A stretch of DNA of 63,103 nucleotides, counting the filler, from Reticulomyxa filosa (taxonomy: Eukaryota > Protista > Foraminifera), in assembly GCA_000512085.1 (NCBI GenBank). It is 23 parts of 23 records of this genome, joined end to end, with 100 filler letters (N's around TTAATTAATTAA, not from the genome) between each part and the next. Parts side by side here need not be neighbours in the genome. Positions count along the whole stretch, not along the records: positions 36,298 to 37,604 come from ASPP01018467.1; positions 37,705 to 43,449 come from ASPP01001695.1; positions 43,550 to 45,750 come from ASPP01014756.1; positions 45,851 to 46,967 come from ASPP01050744.1; positions 47,068 to 49,058 come from ASPP01021251.1; 18 more parts are not named here. One strand, 5' to 3'. Each line of letters opens with the position of its first letter. The first letter of the stretch is position 1. The position numbers and the translations under genes were made by a program. Shown here piece by piece: positions 36,349-49,158 of this stretch. The notes under the pieces are model-generated. The model was not told where the DNA came from. It was given only the letters and a program-made list of their open reading frames with translations, and did not search any database.

Positions 36349-37208
36349 TGTTATTATTATTATTATTATTACTTTCATTGCTATTGCCATTGGTATTGTT
36401 CGAATGACTATTATTATTAGTACTTCCATTGTTATCGTAAATCATCTTGCCATTCTCCGAGTTATCGTGATGTGCATATACTTGCATTTGTTCTTTCATC
36501 GTCTGTAGCGAGTCACTGCTATGGACGTACGTGTTTGCGACGTGATTATTCTTGTCTTCGACTTCCACTCGCGTCGATTTTGCGTTTTTTGCACAGCTCA
36601 GTTTGCCATCCTCCATTCGTTCGGGCAGCTGCACATATCTATTCCTTGTCTTTTCTTTGCTGTCGTTGCCATTCATCGCTTGTTGCAAATCACCTTCCCC
36701 ATTTGCTTCTTTTGTCTGTTTCATACTGTCCTTTTGTTCGTTCTTTGGTCGCGTCGATTGCTGTCGATCGTTGCCATCTTTCGTTTTTTTTTTTTTTTTC
36801 AAATGCCACGTCATTTCCAAAAAAATATATCACAACCAGTTGTCGAAAGAAAACATAAATAAAAAAAAAAAAAAAAAAGAAGGAGAAACAATTGTTTCGA
36901 AAATAAGGTTTATTAAAATAAAAATAAAAAACGAATGCTGCAAATGAACACCTTCCCTTTTTTTTTTTATTAGCAACAAGGAGAGAAAAATATGTAGTAT
37001 ACGTATTTGCAAAAAAAAATTTAAATAAACAGTTTTTACTTCACTTTTGTGACTCTGAAAAGACGCTATTGACACTTCTTTGCCATTTCCTTTGACTAAT
37101 GCTGATTTCATACGTAATCCTTCTTCACCTTCTTTTTGGATTGACGAGGATTCGTTTGTTTTGGCTCTCTTTTTGGTTGTCATCACCCACGTATTCTTAT
37201 CTTTTCAT
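36298..37208 (-). CDS. Hypothetical low-complexity (Asn-rich) protein, 5' part
   Basis: Two minus-strand exons with K/E/N-rich content, ending in an (AAT)n tract at the contig end. Confidence 0.5.
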
Positions 37209-37704
37209 CCCCACACACACAATGAAAGTATGTCGTAATTTTTTTCTCTAGTTGGCGGCAATCCAAAGTTACACTCCAAAAAAAAAAAATTTTGCAAGTT
37301 TCACAGTCTTATCCTTTTTTTTCTGTGGATTTTTCTAAAAAGTAGTTTTTTGCTCGCTCATTTGCCACTCAATTTTTTGATAAAAAAAATTAAAAGACGT
37401 GAGGTTGTGGGGACAAAATTTTTATTATGTGTGGTCATAGAAAAACATTCTCAACCTGTCATAATTCATAAATATTTGCACTTACTTACTAAAGGGACAC
37501 CAAATTCAAAAATTCAACGGAAACAACTTCCCAAGTTTATGATTCATTTGAACTATTTTTACTAATAAAGTGTCAGTGATCTTTTAACGCATTTATAGTT
37601 TTTANNNNNNNNNNNNNNNNNNNNNNNNNNNNNNNNNNNNNNNNNNNNTTAATTAATTAANNNNNNNNNNNNNNNNNNNNNNNNNNNNNNNNNNNNNNNN
37701 NNNN

Positions 37705-40700
37705 CAACGACACCAGCGTTAGCATCAACGTCAGTACCAACATTAGCACCAACATCAGCACCAACACCAACATCGACTTCGACCTCAATCTCAAATTCAG
37801 CTGTCACTTCCATCTCTACTTCTACTTCTACTTCTACTCCTACTTCTACTTCTACTTCCACTGCCAATTCCACTTCAATCTCAAATCCCACTATCACCCC
37901 AACTTCGGTTGCTGTGACCACAACGACAACAACCGTGGCACCGACTGCAACAGCCACAATTGCAGCGGCAGCCGCAGTGCCGGAACTGCAAAAGGCACAA
38001 AAGATTCAAATCCACGATACTCTGTCCGAGCAACGCACCTACGGGACAACCATCGAACATGGAACGTCATGCCAATATGATATTGCCTATCTCACTTCCT
38101 CGCCTTTGGTTTTTGAAAGAAATAAAAAGTGTAAGCCATTGGAACAAGTTGAGTCAATGTGACTATTAAAAAATTATATACTATACTATATACGTGTATA
38201 TGCTTGCTTTTATATCTCGCAGTTAAACATTGATGAGGAAAGAGATCGGCTGTTGACGGCGTTTCAACAATCGCAAAAAGAAATTCGTATGGTCCATATG
38301 ACGGCAACGACCGAAAACATGATGCAGGCGATTATGGCTGGGTGTCGTGTTATTCATTTCAGTGGACACGGATTTCCAGAGTTTCTCGCCTTTGAGGACA
38401 CCAAAAATATTGGAGTGACGCAGTTGGTACACTGCAATACAGTGGAAAATTTTTGTTCCGACGACAAAGAGCGCTTGCAATTGGTCTTCGTTTCGGCATG
38501 TCACAGCGAAGACGTCGCCCGCGCCTTTGTGTCTATTGGCATTCCGCATGTCGTTGCCGTCGAGGCGAAGCGCGAGGTGGACGACGAAGCTGCTGCCATT
38601 TTTGCAACTCATTTCTATGAGTCGTTGTTACAAGGCTACACCATTAGCAAAGTTTGGGGTTCATTCCAAACGTGCAAATTTTTTTCCCCTCCTTCTCCTT
38701 CATAAATTTTTTTTTTAAAAATAAAAAAAAAGAAGTATACGTACGCATGTGCGGGGATCATGCACAATCGTTTTCTTTTTTTTTTTTGATGGGGGGAAAA
38801 AAAAAAGGCATTTCATACCGGCTGCAATGCGGTGTCGGCAATGAGTGGACCCGCCAAAAATGACTCGGACAAATTTTTACTGCTGCCCCAAGAAGACAGT
38901 CATGACGAAGCGTTGTTTGCCAATTTGGAAAGTGGATGTCTGAGAAACTTGACACGAAAAATGGCACCGAACAACTTGCTTCCTGCAGTGCGAATGTTTA
39001 TGGGAAGGGCCATTGATATGCACAACATCATCCAACATGCGCTGGACGTATCCTCGCGGCATTTATTGGTGCATGGAGAAAAGGGGGTTGGAAAATCGGC
39101 ACTCGTGTTAATGACGGCCAAGTATTTACATGATCGAAGTGTGTTCAAAGGAGGCATTTTTTTTGTCAATGTCCCCAAGTTGGCCTTCAAATTTAATACA
39201 TTGCCGCAAATGCTTTTGTATGCGATTCAACGTTACGTCAATTATCTTTTTTAAATCATAATATACACATATATATATAATTTTTTTTTATTTTATTTTT
39301 TTTTTGTGATGAAAATAGAATCCGACGTTCCTTGGGCCAAAAAAAATGGCATCAGAACCTAATCCGAACGTAATCTATGGGTCGCTACGGGATATGAAAG
39401 GCGTGTTGCTTGTGTTCGACGGTTTGGACGCGTTTTTGGAAAATACAGATTTGTCACACAGTGGATACAATACTCCGGAAGTAATTCATTCGTTTCTGGC
39501 ACTGATTTTGGCACGTCTCCCTAGTGACAGCAAAATCATTAGCACCGTGGAAAACAACTTGAGTGCGTTCACCGAAATCAAATGCTCACTGACACGCTCC
39601 TATCACTTGCAGCCTTTGAAACCTCCCGACGCCGCCATGCTGTTCCATCGCTTGAGCGTCAAGTTCCTTCCGACTGCTGTCGTCGCTCACGCCGAATTCA
39701 TGTCGCTGCTCGGGTGCAATCCTGCCAAGATTTTGGAAATAAATCAACTGCAAGAAAGTATGGAGTCTGAGTGCAACACCATCGACGATGTCATTCGCGT
39801 GTACAATGCCCGTCAACGTGTAATCAAGACCCGACAGGCCAAAGGCTTGCTTAACATCAATCGCAGAAAAGAAATGAAACTCAAAAAGTCTTTGCAGTAC
39901 GCCGTGCAACATATCAAAAATCCTAATGCACGTGTGCTGTGGACACGCTTGGAGGCGTGCGAAGAGGTCGATTGCAACATGCTCATCAACGCGTTCAAAG
40001 ACGAATACAAAATTGTCACAATGTGCAAGCGATCTCTGAAAAACAAAGACTTAATGAAAGGCTTTTATATACACGGAATGAATGAACATTTGTCGTTGCA
40101 TGCCGCCAAATTTGATGGATTGTATCGTTGGTTTTCAGGTAAATTATGTCATATATTTATATACATATAAATATACAATATATACATATATGCATATACA
40201 TATATACATATACATATACATATATGCATATACATATATACATATACATATACATATATATGTATGCATATATGTAGGTATCTGCAAAATGGTCGTATCA
40301 TTGTCACATGTATGGGATCAACAATCTCCTGTGATTATTCACGGTTTTGTGACAAGGATAGAGGCTGAGGCCATGTTGGACTGCTGTCCTGTTGGCACTT
40401 TTTTAATCCGCTTTTCAAATAACTATGACGACAGCATCGCTATTTCGTATGTGGAAGGTAAAGTTGTCAAAAAAAACTCCCTTGGACAACAATCCTGTTT
40501 TGTTGAAGATGAACCCCATGGCGTCATTGGCCATATTAAAGGCTTTTTAGCACCTGCGGGAAAATGCGAGTTCATCTTTGGCAACGAAGTTGGGATTCCT
40601 TTGAAAAGATTTATTGATAGTTTTGGCAAGTTAGTGGCCCTCTACAATGATGAGAATCCATTAAATCCTTTTCCAAAAGCCAGCATTTCCTTTGATAAAC

Positions 40701-40762
40701 CGGTATTAATCCCAGAAACTTCAATATTGTCAATATTGAGCGATGATGAAGAGATGTGCTAG
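37705..40762 (+). CDS. CHAT (caspase-like) protease - STAND-like P-loop NTPase - STAT-type linker/SH2 protein, 5'-partial (~867 aa visible)
   Basis: Exons 37705-38147, 38223-38651, 38808-39236, 39319-40138 and 40278-40762 splice in frame. CHAT motifs IHFSGHG (His ~38367) and LVFVSACHS (Cys ~38499). FMGRAID, Walker A GEKGVGKS (~39075), Walker B LLVFDGLD. SH2 IIHGFVTRIEAEAML...GTFLIRFS...IAISYV (Arg ~40409). Confidence 0.85.
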
Positions 40763-41496
40763 CATTTACATTTTAAAATTTTTAACTTTAGATTTTAATC
40801 ACCAAAACTGTCTTATCTCTTTGCTTTGTCTTTGATTTACATTTCATTAAATTTGTATATAACCAGAACTACAATTACTTACATTGTTAAATAAATAAAA
40901 TTAAAAAACAGTTGGAATTTTTATTATTATTATTATTATTTGCTTTTTTTGTTTTTTCTTCTTTTTTTTTTTTTTTTCGGCTTTTGATTTGTTTGCATTT
41001 TGGATTGCTGCCAAGCAGCATCACTTGCACACAAATCTTGTTCCTCTTTTTTATTCCCTTAGCGGAAAACTGTGCCACTATTAAAGAGTGGACAATTTTT
41101 GTTGTTGTTATTAAGTTAGACACCGGACGTTCACTTTTTGCCATTCAACTTTGAAGAAATGTTGATGTTCTTTTTTAAAAGTGATAAAGTATTTTTGTGT
41201 CTTCTCAAACAAGTTTATTTTTGTAGGATGTAAGTTGTTGCAATTTGTAAACTTTGATATATTTTCTAGCAACTTTTACTTTATTTTTTTTAATTCAAAT
41301 TTTAAAAAAATTGGAGTTCTCCAATTTTGGGCTAACGTGATTTGAACAAGTAACAGAGACTGAATGAAATAGCGTCGTGCTATGACGTTTGTTGAATAGG
41401 ATAAAATCAGAAGCGAAAATATGTTGAGGATGCGAATCCCAATTTTTGGAGAAGAGTATATAAAAACAAACTGCAAAAAAAAAAAGTTAAACAAGA

Positions 41497-43429
41497 TCAT
41501 CCAAATTTTCCCATTTCTTTTTTCTTTTGGATAGACTTTAAGGTGCCATGGACAAAGCGATCCACAAGGCCAGTGACAGTGAAAATTCCGCCAATGATGG
41601 CACACACTTGAGTTAAAAAGTGGAAAAAGGGAGTTTTAGTCTCACGCATATCAACCATCAAAGGAGAGAATTCATAATTAAAAAAAATGCCAGGGATTCC
41701 AAACCCTTCTTTGGCAACTAAAGGGCCTTCATGAACGGTGACACTATATTGATTGGTTAGTTCAACACTTCCATCTCGATGATTATATCGTGTTGGAACC
41801 ACTTTGGCATAATACTGAAACACAAATGTGCCTTTTTAAAAATAGGACATTGGCATTTTAATTTTTTTTTATTTTTTGAGTGTATATTTAAAAACAAAGG
41901 TAATTATTTGTCTATTTTTTTAAAAGAAAGTGCGAGATTTATCACGACAGATATAAACTATATATATGTACACGTATATGTATATATTACCGCCGTCACT
42001 GGAACGATGTTTTGTGTTATCCAAAGGATTGATAATTTTGGACTTTTGTAATTGTTGGCCAAAGCTTAAGTGATGAATAGTGTGAGAAGTGTCAAAGGAT
42101 CCTTCTTTAAATGCTCCAAAGTCGTGGAGATAAGTGTGGGAAGAGCTGAAGGAGTGTCCCGGAGCAAAATGAAAATTTCCTTTGCCCCGTTGTGTTTCAA
42201 TGGAGCCAAAGACATTGCATCCTTCATGTCGTTTTATTGCTTCCATTTCTCCCGAGTAATCCACACCTTCACGTTTGCACTACTTTTTGTTTAATTGATT
42301 TGTTTTTGATTTTGGTATTTTTATTTATTGATAAAAAAAAAAAAAAACAAAACAACAATAACAGTTGCACAAAGTGCATACGCAACCTGTTCAAAAGAAG
42401 ACAAATCCGTGACGGCCCAGCCTTTGAGATGATAAGTATCCTGGACGTCTTGGCACGTGTTGCAACATTGGCCGACTTTGGTTTGCGCACCGTAACATGA
42501 GCCACAGTAATCCGCCGGCAGCTCAATGGGTTTTTTTGTTTCATTTTTCGTTTGACTCACCTCCTCACCCTGCGCTTTTTCTAGCACCTCCGCTTCTTTT
42601 CCTTTCATCGACCCACCAGACTTCTTTTTTTTTTTTTAATCAAAACAAAAAAATGTATATGTGTATATATGATATACTTCCATGCACAACAAACAAATGT
42701 AATGTTGGATATTATACCAAAATAAAAAAAAAAAACAAAAATCCGAGAGCTTCAACTTAGTTTTTGAGGTGCTGACATTGGATTGCCATCAGCATTCAAG
42801 TCAACTTTATGTATTTCTTCTCTGTGAATGACCACTTGGTTTCCTAAAAATCATTTTGTTTTATTATTTATTATTTATTGTTTATTATTATTGTTGTTGT
42901 TGTTAGTATTGATATTGTTTGAAACCACATTTGGGATAGGCTTGTTAATCTCAATCAAATGATACATCACTTTGAGGTGTGATTGAAAACAAAGAAATGG
43001 GTGCAATGTGCTTTTTTTTTTTTTTTTTACGTACTTCGTCTCTTGCACATGTTAGGATCACTTTTGGAATCGAAAACATAAAAACATATAAAAATAAACA
43101 AACAAAGTTACCTCCCCAATCGAAAACGTCAACGCTGACAACTATAGGAGTAGCAATACATTTTTGTTGTGAAAATTTTTTCTTTTCTCTTTTTCTCCCT
43201 TTCCCCTTCCTCAAGAAATTTCTTGGAGATAATTTAATCTTTTTTTTTTTTTTTTTTTTTGAAATTAACGTGAACAAGGAAGTCTTGAAAATGTTATGTT
43301 AAAATTGATTGGCAATTTTTCTGTATTTGTGTTGTCTACTATCAGATGATGCTCCACTTGCACTGATAAATACGACCAAAATTCACCCAAAAACAGAGAT
43401 ATCATCAACAGCATCGAAAAAACTGATAC
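41497..43429 (-). CDS. ERGIC3: ER-Golgi intermediate compartment protein (ERGIC3/Erv46), 5'-partial
   Basis: INFNITFSRLPC, SVDVFD, YCGSCYGA...CCNTCQDVQDTYHLKGWA, EGCNVFG...GNFHFAPG, SHTIHHLSFG, FQYYAKVVPT, PGIFFNYEFSP, FLTQVCAIIGG, C-terminal KKEMGKFG. Confidence 0.93.
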
Positions 43430-43549
43430 TGGCCATTCAAAAAAAAAAANNNNNNNNNNNNNNNNNNNNNNNNNNNNNNNNNNNNNNNNNNNNTTAATTA
43501 ATTAANNNNNNNNNNNNNNNNNNNNNNNNNNNNNNNNNNNNNNNNNNNN

Positions 43550-44289
43550 CCTTCCTGCTGCTGCCGATCGCCATCGTGCTGGTCTTCGCGCTGAACCCGA
43601 CGCCGTACATCTCCTTCCCGCCTGTCGGCGTCAGCCTGCGCTGGTTCGAGAAGTTCTTCGGCAGTGCGGAGTTCATGAATGCGCTCTGGCTGTCCTTGTG
43701 GGTGGCGTCCGTGGTGCTGGTCCTGTCGATCGTGATCGGCGCCGCCTGTGCGCTTGCCCTGTCGCGCGGCAACCTGCCGGGGCGTGCGGCTCTGACCGCC
43801 TTCTTCATGTCGCCGCTGATGGTGCCGGCGATCCTGACGGGCCTGGCGTTGTTCCAGGCCTATCTGCTGTCGGGGATCGGCCGGCCGGTCTGGGGCCTGA
43901 TCGCGGCCCACACGCTGGTCGCGGTGCCCTATGTCATCCGCACGACCCTCGCCGTCCTGCACAATTTCGACCGCCGCATCGAGGAGGCCGCCGCCGTGCT
44001 GGGCGCCAGCCCGACGCGGGTCTTCTTCGAGGTCACCCTGCCATTGATCCGGCCGGGCGTGTTCGCGGGCGGCGTCTTCGCCTTCATCGTGTCGTTCGAC
44101 CAGTTCCCGGTCTCGCTGTTCCTGGTGGTGCCCAAGGGCGAGACCCTGCCGGTGGTGCTGTTCAACTACATGAAATTCGACCTCGACGGCGCCATCGCGG
44201 CGGCCTCGATGGTCTCGATCTTGCTCGCATTGTCGGTGGTTCTGGTGCTGGAGAGGCTGATCGGCCTCAAGGCCTACGTTAAGCTGTGA
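43550..44289 (+). CDS. Bacterial ABC transporter permease (PotC-like), 5'-partial
   Basis: GC-rich, intronless. SLRWF, EAA loop IEEAAAVLGASPTRVFFEVTLPLIRPG, FIVSFD, TLPV. Confidence 0.92.
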
Positions 44290-44312
44290 TTGGGAACGAA
44301 CAGGGGGTTGCC

Positions 44313-45358
44313 ATGATTTCACGTCGCAAAGCATTGGGTGCCGGTGCGGGTCTCGCGGCCCTGGCCACGGTGGGGGCACCGTCGATCCTTCACGCCCAGA
44401 CCAAGACGCTCAAGATCACGACCTGGGGCGGCAAGTGGGGCGAGGTCATGAAGGCCACGGTGTTGCCGGCCTTCGAGAAGGAGTTCAAGTGCACGGTGTC
44501 GGCCGACCAGGCCTTCCCGTTCCTGCCCAAGCTGCAGGTCAGCCCGAAGAACGACCCGATCTACGACGTGCTGCACACCAACTCGAACGAGCAGTGGAAT
44601 GCCGTCGTCGAGGGGCTGGAGTGAACAAGATCACGGCCAAGGAAGTGCCCAACATCGCCGACGTCTATCCCTACGCGGTGAGCGACAAGATCGTCGGTGT
44701 CACGATCTTCACCAGCGCCATCGGCCTAGGCTATCGCACCGACAAGGGCCTCGCCAAGCCGACGTCGTGGAAGGCGCTTGCCGATCCCAAGCTGGCCGGT
44801 TCGCGCGGCGGCTATCTCATCCCGGTGAACAGCCTGGGCCAGGCGCACCTGATGATGCTGGGCAAGGTGTACGGCAAGGGACTCACCGACCTCGACGCCG
44901 CCTACAAGGCGCTCGAGGCTTTGAAGCCGATCAAGCTGGTCGATTTCACGGGCCAGATGGAAAAGATGCTGCTGTCGGCCGAGGTGTCGATGGGCGTGAT
45001 CCACGATTCGGGCGTCTATCGTTACGAAGGTGCGAACATGCAGCCCGTCGACTTCGCCAGCCCCTCCGAAGGCGTGATGGCGCTGGAGCAGGTGCTGAAC
45101 GTCACGCCGGGCTCGAAGGTCAAGGAGCTGGCCTTCGCCTATATCGACTACATGCTGCGCCCCGACGTGCAGAAGCTGCTGGCCGAGGCGGTATGGTATT
45201 CGCCGGCGAACAAGAAGGTGAAGCTCGAGGCCAAGTACGAGGCGAAGCTCCTCACCACGCCGGAGAAGGTGGCGACGCTGATCCAGCCCGACTGGAAATG
45301 GTACAATGCGCGTCGCGAGGACATCGACGCCCGCGTCACCAAGATCCTGAAGGGCTGA
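44313..45358 (+). CDS. Bacterial ABC substrate-binding protein (PotD/PotF-like) with Tat signal; frameshift at ~44620
   Basis: ATG 44313 after an AGGGGGT ribosome-binding site. Twin-arginine signal MISRRKALGAGAGLAALATVGAPSILHAQ. TWGG, FEKE, PTSWKAL, AFAYIDYML. The reading frame switches at GGGCTGGAGTGAACAAG. Confidence 0.85.
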
Positions 45359-45374
45359 TGGGCGGCATGCACTC

Positions 45375-45750
45375 GTGACCTCCGCGGCCATCAAGCTCGA
45401 CCAGGTGACCAAGACGTTCGACGGCCGTGTGATGGCCGTCGACGCGGTCACGCTCGACATCGCCGCCGGCGAGTTCTTCTCGCTGCTGGGGCCGTCGGGC
45501 TGCGGCAAGACGACGAGCCTGCGCATGATCGCGGGATTCGAGCATCCCGACTCGGGGCGTGTCCATGTCGGCGGCAAGGACATCACCGACCTGCCGGTTC
45601 ACCGGCGCGACATGGGCATGGTCTTCCAGTCCTACGCGCTGTTCCCGCACCGCACGGTGGCGGAGAACGTGGCCTTCGGCTTGCGCATGCGCGACGTCCC
45701 GAAACCGGAGATCGAGCGACGGGTCGCGGCGGCACTGGCTCAGGTGGCGC
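45375..45750 (+). CDS. Bacterial ABC ATP-binding protein (PotA-like), 3'-partial
   Basis: GEFFSLLGPSGCGKTTSLRMIAGFE and MVFQSYALFPHRTVAENVAFGL. Confidence 0.93.
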
Positions 45751-46461
45751 NNNNNNNNNNNNNNNNNNNNNNNNNNNNNNNNNNNNNNNNNNNNTTAATT
45801 AATTAANNNNNNNNNNNNNNNNNNNNNNNNNNNNNNNNNNNNNNNNNNNNACTTTGGCCGATGATGAGCTACTTCCGTCAGGAAGGGCCGTTAACTGTAG
45901 GATGAACGGATCCTTATAATCTTTGAGCAACAATTGAAAGCCTGAGGCAAAGTTGGAATTCTAAATTCCCACAATCTTTTTCTAAATATCAAAACAATGC
46001 TTACTAATGAAAAAATATAAACTTAAGATGTGCAACTTTTTTCAAATGCAACAATTGATAAAAAGCTAGTAATTAGCACATCAAAATATAATATAGACAA
46101 AAAGTTGTGCAATTTTATGTAAATGGAAGAAATAAAGCAAAGAATGGTGCACCAACAGCGCTGTAAATGACAAAATATCAAGTGATCCATGACGAACAAC
46201 AGTACAGCTTGGACTTAAGAATGGATTCTGCACAATGCAACCGAATTTGTTTTTCATTTTTGGCCGGATGATTATGACGCAACTGACAAAGATAAAACTA
46301 TCTTAAAAAAAAAACCGATAATATAGTTATGGTACAAAAAGTTCTAAAAGGGTGTTTTTAATTGAAAAGATTTGGAAAATTGATAATTTACCGTTGACAA
46401 CTGCTTGTTGCGCAAAATTTGCTATACTTTTCATTTTTTTATTTTATCATTGATATCTTCA

Positions 46462-46898
46462 TGCAGACAAACAGTCGTATTTCAAACAAGGGACGGTTCA
46501 ACCGTTATGACGCGTTGAAAACAGAATACGACCGTTTGAAAACATCGAAAATAAATTTGCTGCAAGTGACCTGCCATGAAATTAATCGTTTGAGGTTCAT
46601 TGAGGCAATATACATTCCTCGAAATGCGCATACATCCGACAACAAACAATTATTAATTTGCGGTTGTACGAGATTGACTTGAGCACACACGTATGTGTGT
46701 GTATGTGTGTATGTGTGATTCTATGACAGATCATTTATTCATTTTCTGAGCACGGTCGATCAAGGGAAGCCATTGCCGCCCTATGTGCTCCAAGAAATCG
46801 AAGAGTTTACTAATAGCGATACGTCCAAACTCGATAGCAAAGAAGACGAAGAGACAGTGGATGACGACAAACAGGATATGATTCTTCAGCCTATGCTT
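46462..46898 (+). CDS. Hypothetical protein fragment (spliced)
   Basis: Coding-like segments separated by a (TG)n-containing GT-AG intron (~46691-46729). No domain recognised. Confidence 0.35.
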
Positions 46899-47178
46899 GT
46901 GAGTTGTTTTGTTTACGCGTATTTCTTATGTTTCGTGTTTTCCTCCCCTTTTTTTTTTTTTTTTTTTNNNNNNNNNNNNNNNNNNNNNNNNNNNNNNNNN
47001 NNNNNNNNNNNTTAATTAATTAANNNNNNNNNNNNNNNNNNNNNNNNNNNNNNNNNNNNNNNNNNNNATTTTTTTTTTTTTGGAAATAAAAATGGTTAAA
47101 CAGCCATTGGGAGAGGGAGGAAAATAATATACATATACATATATACATATATACATATATATATGTATATATATTTAT

Positions 47179-49010
47179 TTATTTATTATTTTCAAAACTA
47201 TCGAATTCATGTCGTATATTTGTTGCAAATTGAAACGCATGATTAGGCTCGTGTTGAAATTTCAAAAAATCAAATTGAACTACATTTCTGTCGGTTTGAC
47301 TTGCGAACAAATGTATTTTGCACTGTTTGAAAAACCAGATTTTCTGGAATGGCGTGTTTTGGATTTGCGACAATTTGGTTTGAAGCTTGTCAAAGTCCAA
47401 CGCATTTAAATGACTGTAATCTCTCAAGATCGTGCGTATCAACAGCTGCACGTCGTTGCGACAGTAACAATAGCGTCGAACAAAGTCGTGCTCAGTGAGT
47501 TCCAGACACTCCATAATCGAATGCAAGTGCGTATATCGAAACAGCTGCTGGCATTCCAATCGAACAATGTTGTCATACTTTTGCATGTCCGACTTGGTTG
47601 CAAAGGCAGACGAGTACTCGTTGTGTTTGCGCTCCTGGTTGAAGTCCAATGTTATGTCCACCCGTCCACTTGTGAACAGCCATGGAAATTCGGCTTTGTT
47701 GTTTTCGTTAATGCCACTCATCGACGCTTCTTTTCGTGGCCATTGCCATTTCTTTTTCAAGTACGCCGATATATCCTGTCGCAACTCGTTGACATATTGT
47801 CGATATCGATACGACAACAAATCAATGCTCAAGTGTGTCTCCAATGTCCAGTCCACGTTTATGTCGCCCAATTCGATGTGCTTTTCTCTGTGGGTTTATT
47901 GGGATAATATGAGTATTTTTTTCTTTTCTTTGTTTCCTCCTCCGATTTCCCGTGTGTATACATGTGCATGTATATGCATATATCATCTTGGAGAAGAGAG
48001 GAGGGAGGGAGGGGTGCATATACGTACACATACAAGTTAAACGTAACACAAATGGCGGTATTCCAGGAGCCCGAATTTGATATTGCTGAAAGCGCGACTG
48101 TGTAATGGATACCACGGACTTGTGGTTCAATGTGTGAGATCTTTGATATCGTAGCTCTTCATATACATTATACATATACATTATACATATACATACATAT
48201 ACATATATATATATCCCATTGGAGAGAGGGAAAAAAGACATTACCATCCAACTGACGCAACACGTTGACATGAATGGAACGAAAAGATATCTGGTACTGG
48301 AGATGCCGATGCTGCAAAACACAAAATTCAGACGTGGACGGAGACAGCAAGTCTTGGTAGGTGAGATTCATGGAGCCATCTTGGCAGGGGTTGACAAGAC
48401 ATTGCAATTTGTCCAAGCGAAATAAAATAGTGCAAGACTCGTCTGGCACTAGAGTCGTGGCGGAGTTTAAATAAGACATCATGTTGTCAAGCACTTCGCT
48501 GTCGTCATTCAAATGCGACAATGCTGGGCCCAGGTTTATTTCTATGTATCGAGTTCAATTCAATATATACATATATATATATATATATATACATATATAT
48601 GTATATATATGTAATGTGTTCTCTTTGTGTGAGAACAAAACCTGGAGTGTCATCGAATTTGGACAATCGGAGTTGGAGCTTTTGGCAAGTGAAGGAGATG
48701 GATATCGGTGGCCCTGTCGGTTGTTGAAGTAAATAACTGGAATCGTAGTTTTTGCTTATTTCATTTATGACGAAAATTCAACACACACAAAAAAAAAAAA
48801 AAAAGGAGAACAAAACGTTGTGCGGTAGCTGGTTTTGGGACAAACGAATTAGACAAGTGCCATTGGTTAAAAAAATACGAGTCCATTTGTTGCTGATAAT
48901 TTTTCCACAATATTTGTGCGCCGCGCAAATAGTAATCATTGCAGCCTATCAGTATCGCTTCAACGTCAACAGTCACGACACGTTTCATCGTCAGAGGCAA
49001 GGCTATGTTT
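47179..49010 (-). CDS. Hypothetical multi-exon protein, internal fragment
   Basis: Series of minus-strand ORFs (48761-49000, 48168-48521, 47179-47871) separated by (TA)n-rich GT-AG introns. No family recognised. Confidence 0.6.
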
Positions 49011-49158
49011 GACTTTTTCTATTACAGAAACAAACAAATATATATATACACACACACANNNNNNNNNNNNNNNNNNNNNNNNNNNNNNNNNNNNNNNNNN
49101 NNTTAATTAATTAANNNNNNNNNNNNNNNNNNNNNNNNNNNNNNNNNNNNNNNNNNNN

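Noticed and set aside
44286-45358. Split binding protein as two genes or programmed frameshifting
   Set aside because: No slippery site is visible. A single indel (sequencing error or recent mutation) explains it.
43494-45650. Long antisense and alternative-frame ORFs (293, 286, 259, 194 aa) in the GC-rich contig
   Set aside because: Shadow ORFs expected at high GC. The sense frames already encode clear ABC transporter proteins.
37705-45750. Bacterial ABC operon next to ERGIC3 and the CHAT-SH2 gene as an HGT island or gene cluster
   Set aside because: Separated by a spacer at 43450-43549, so the adjacency is an artefact of concatenation.
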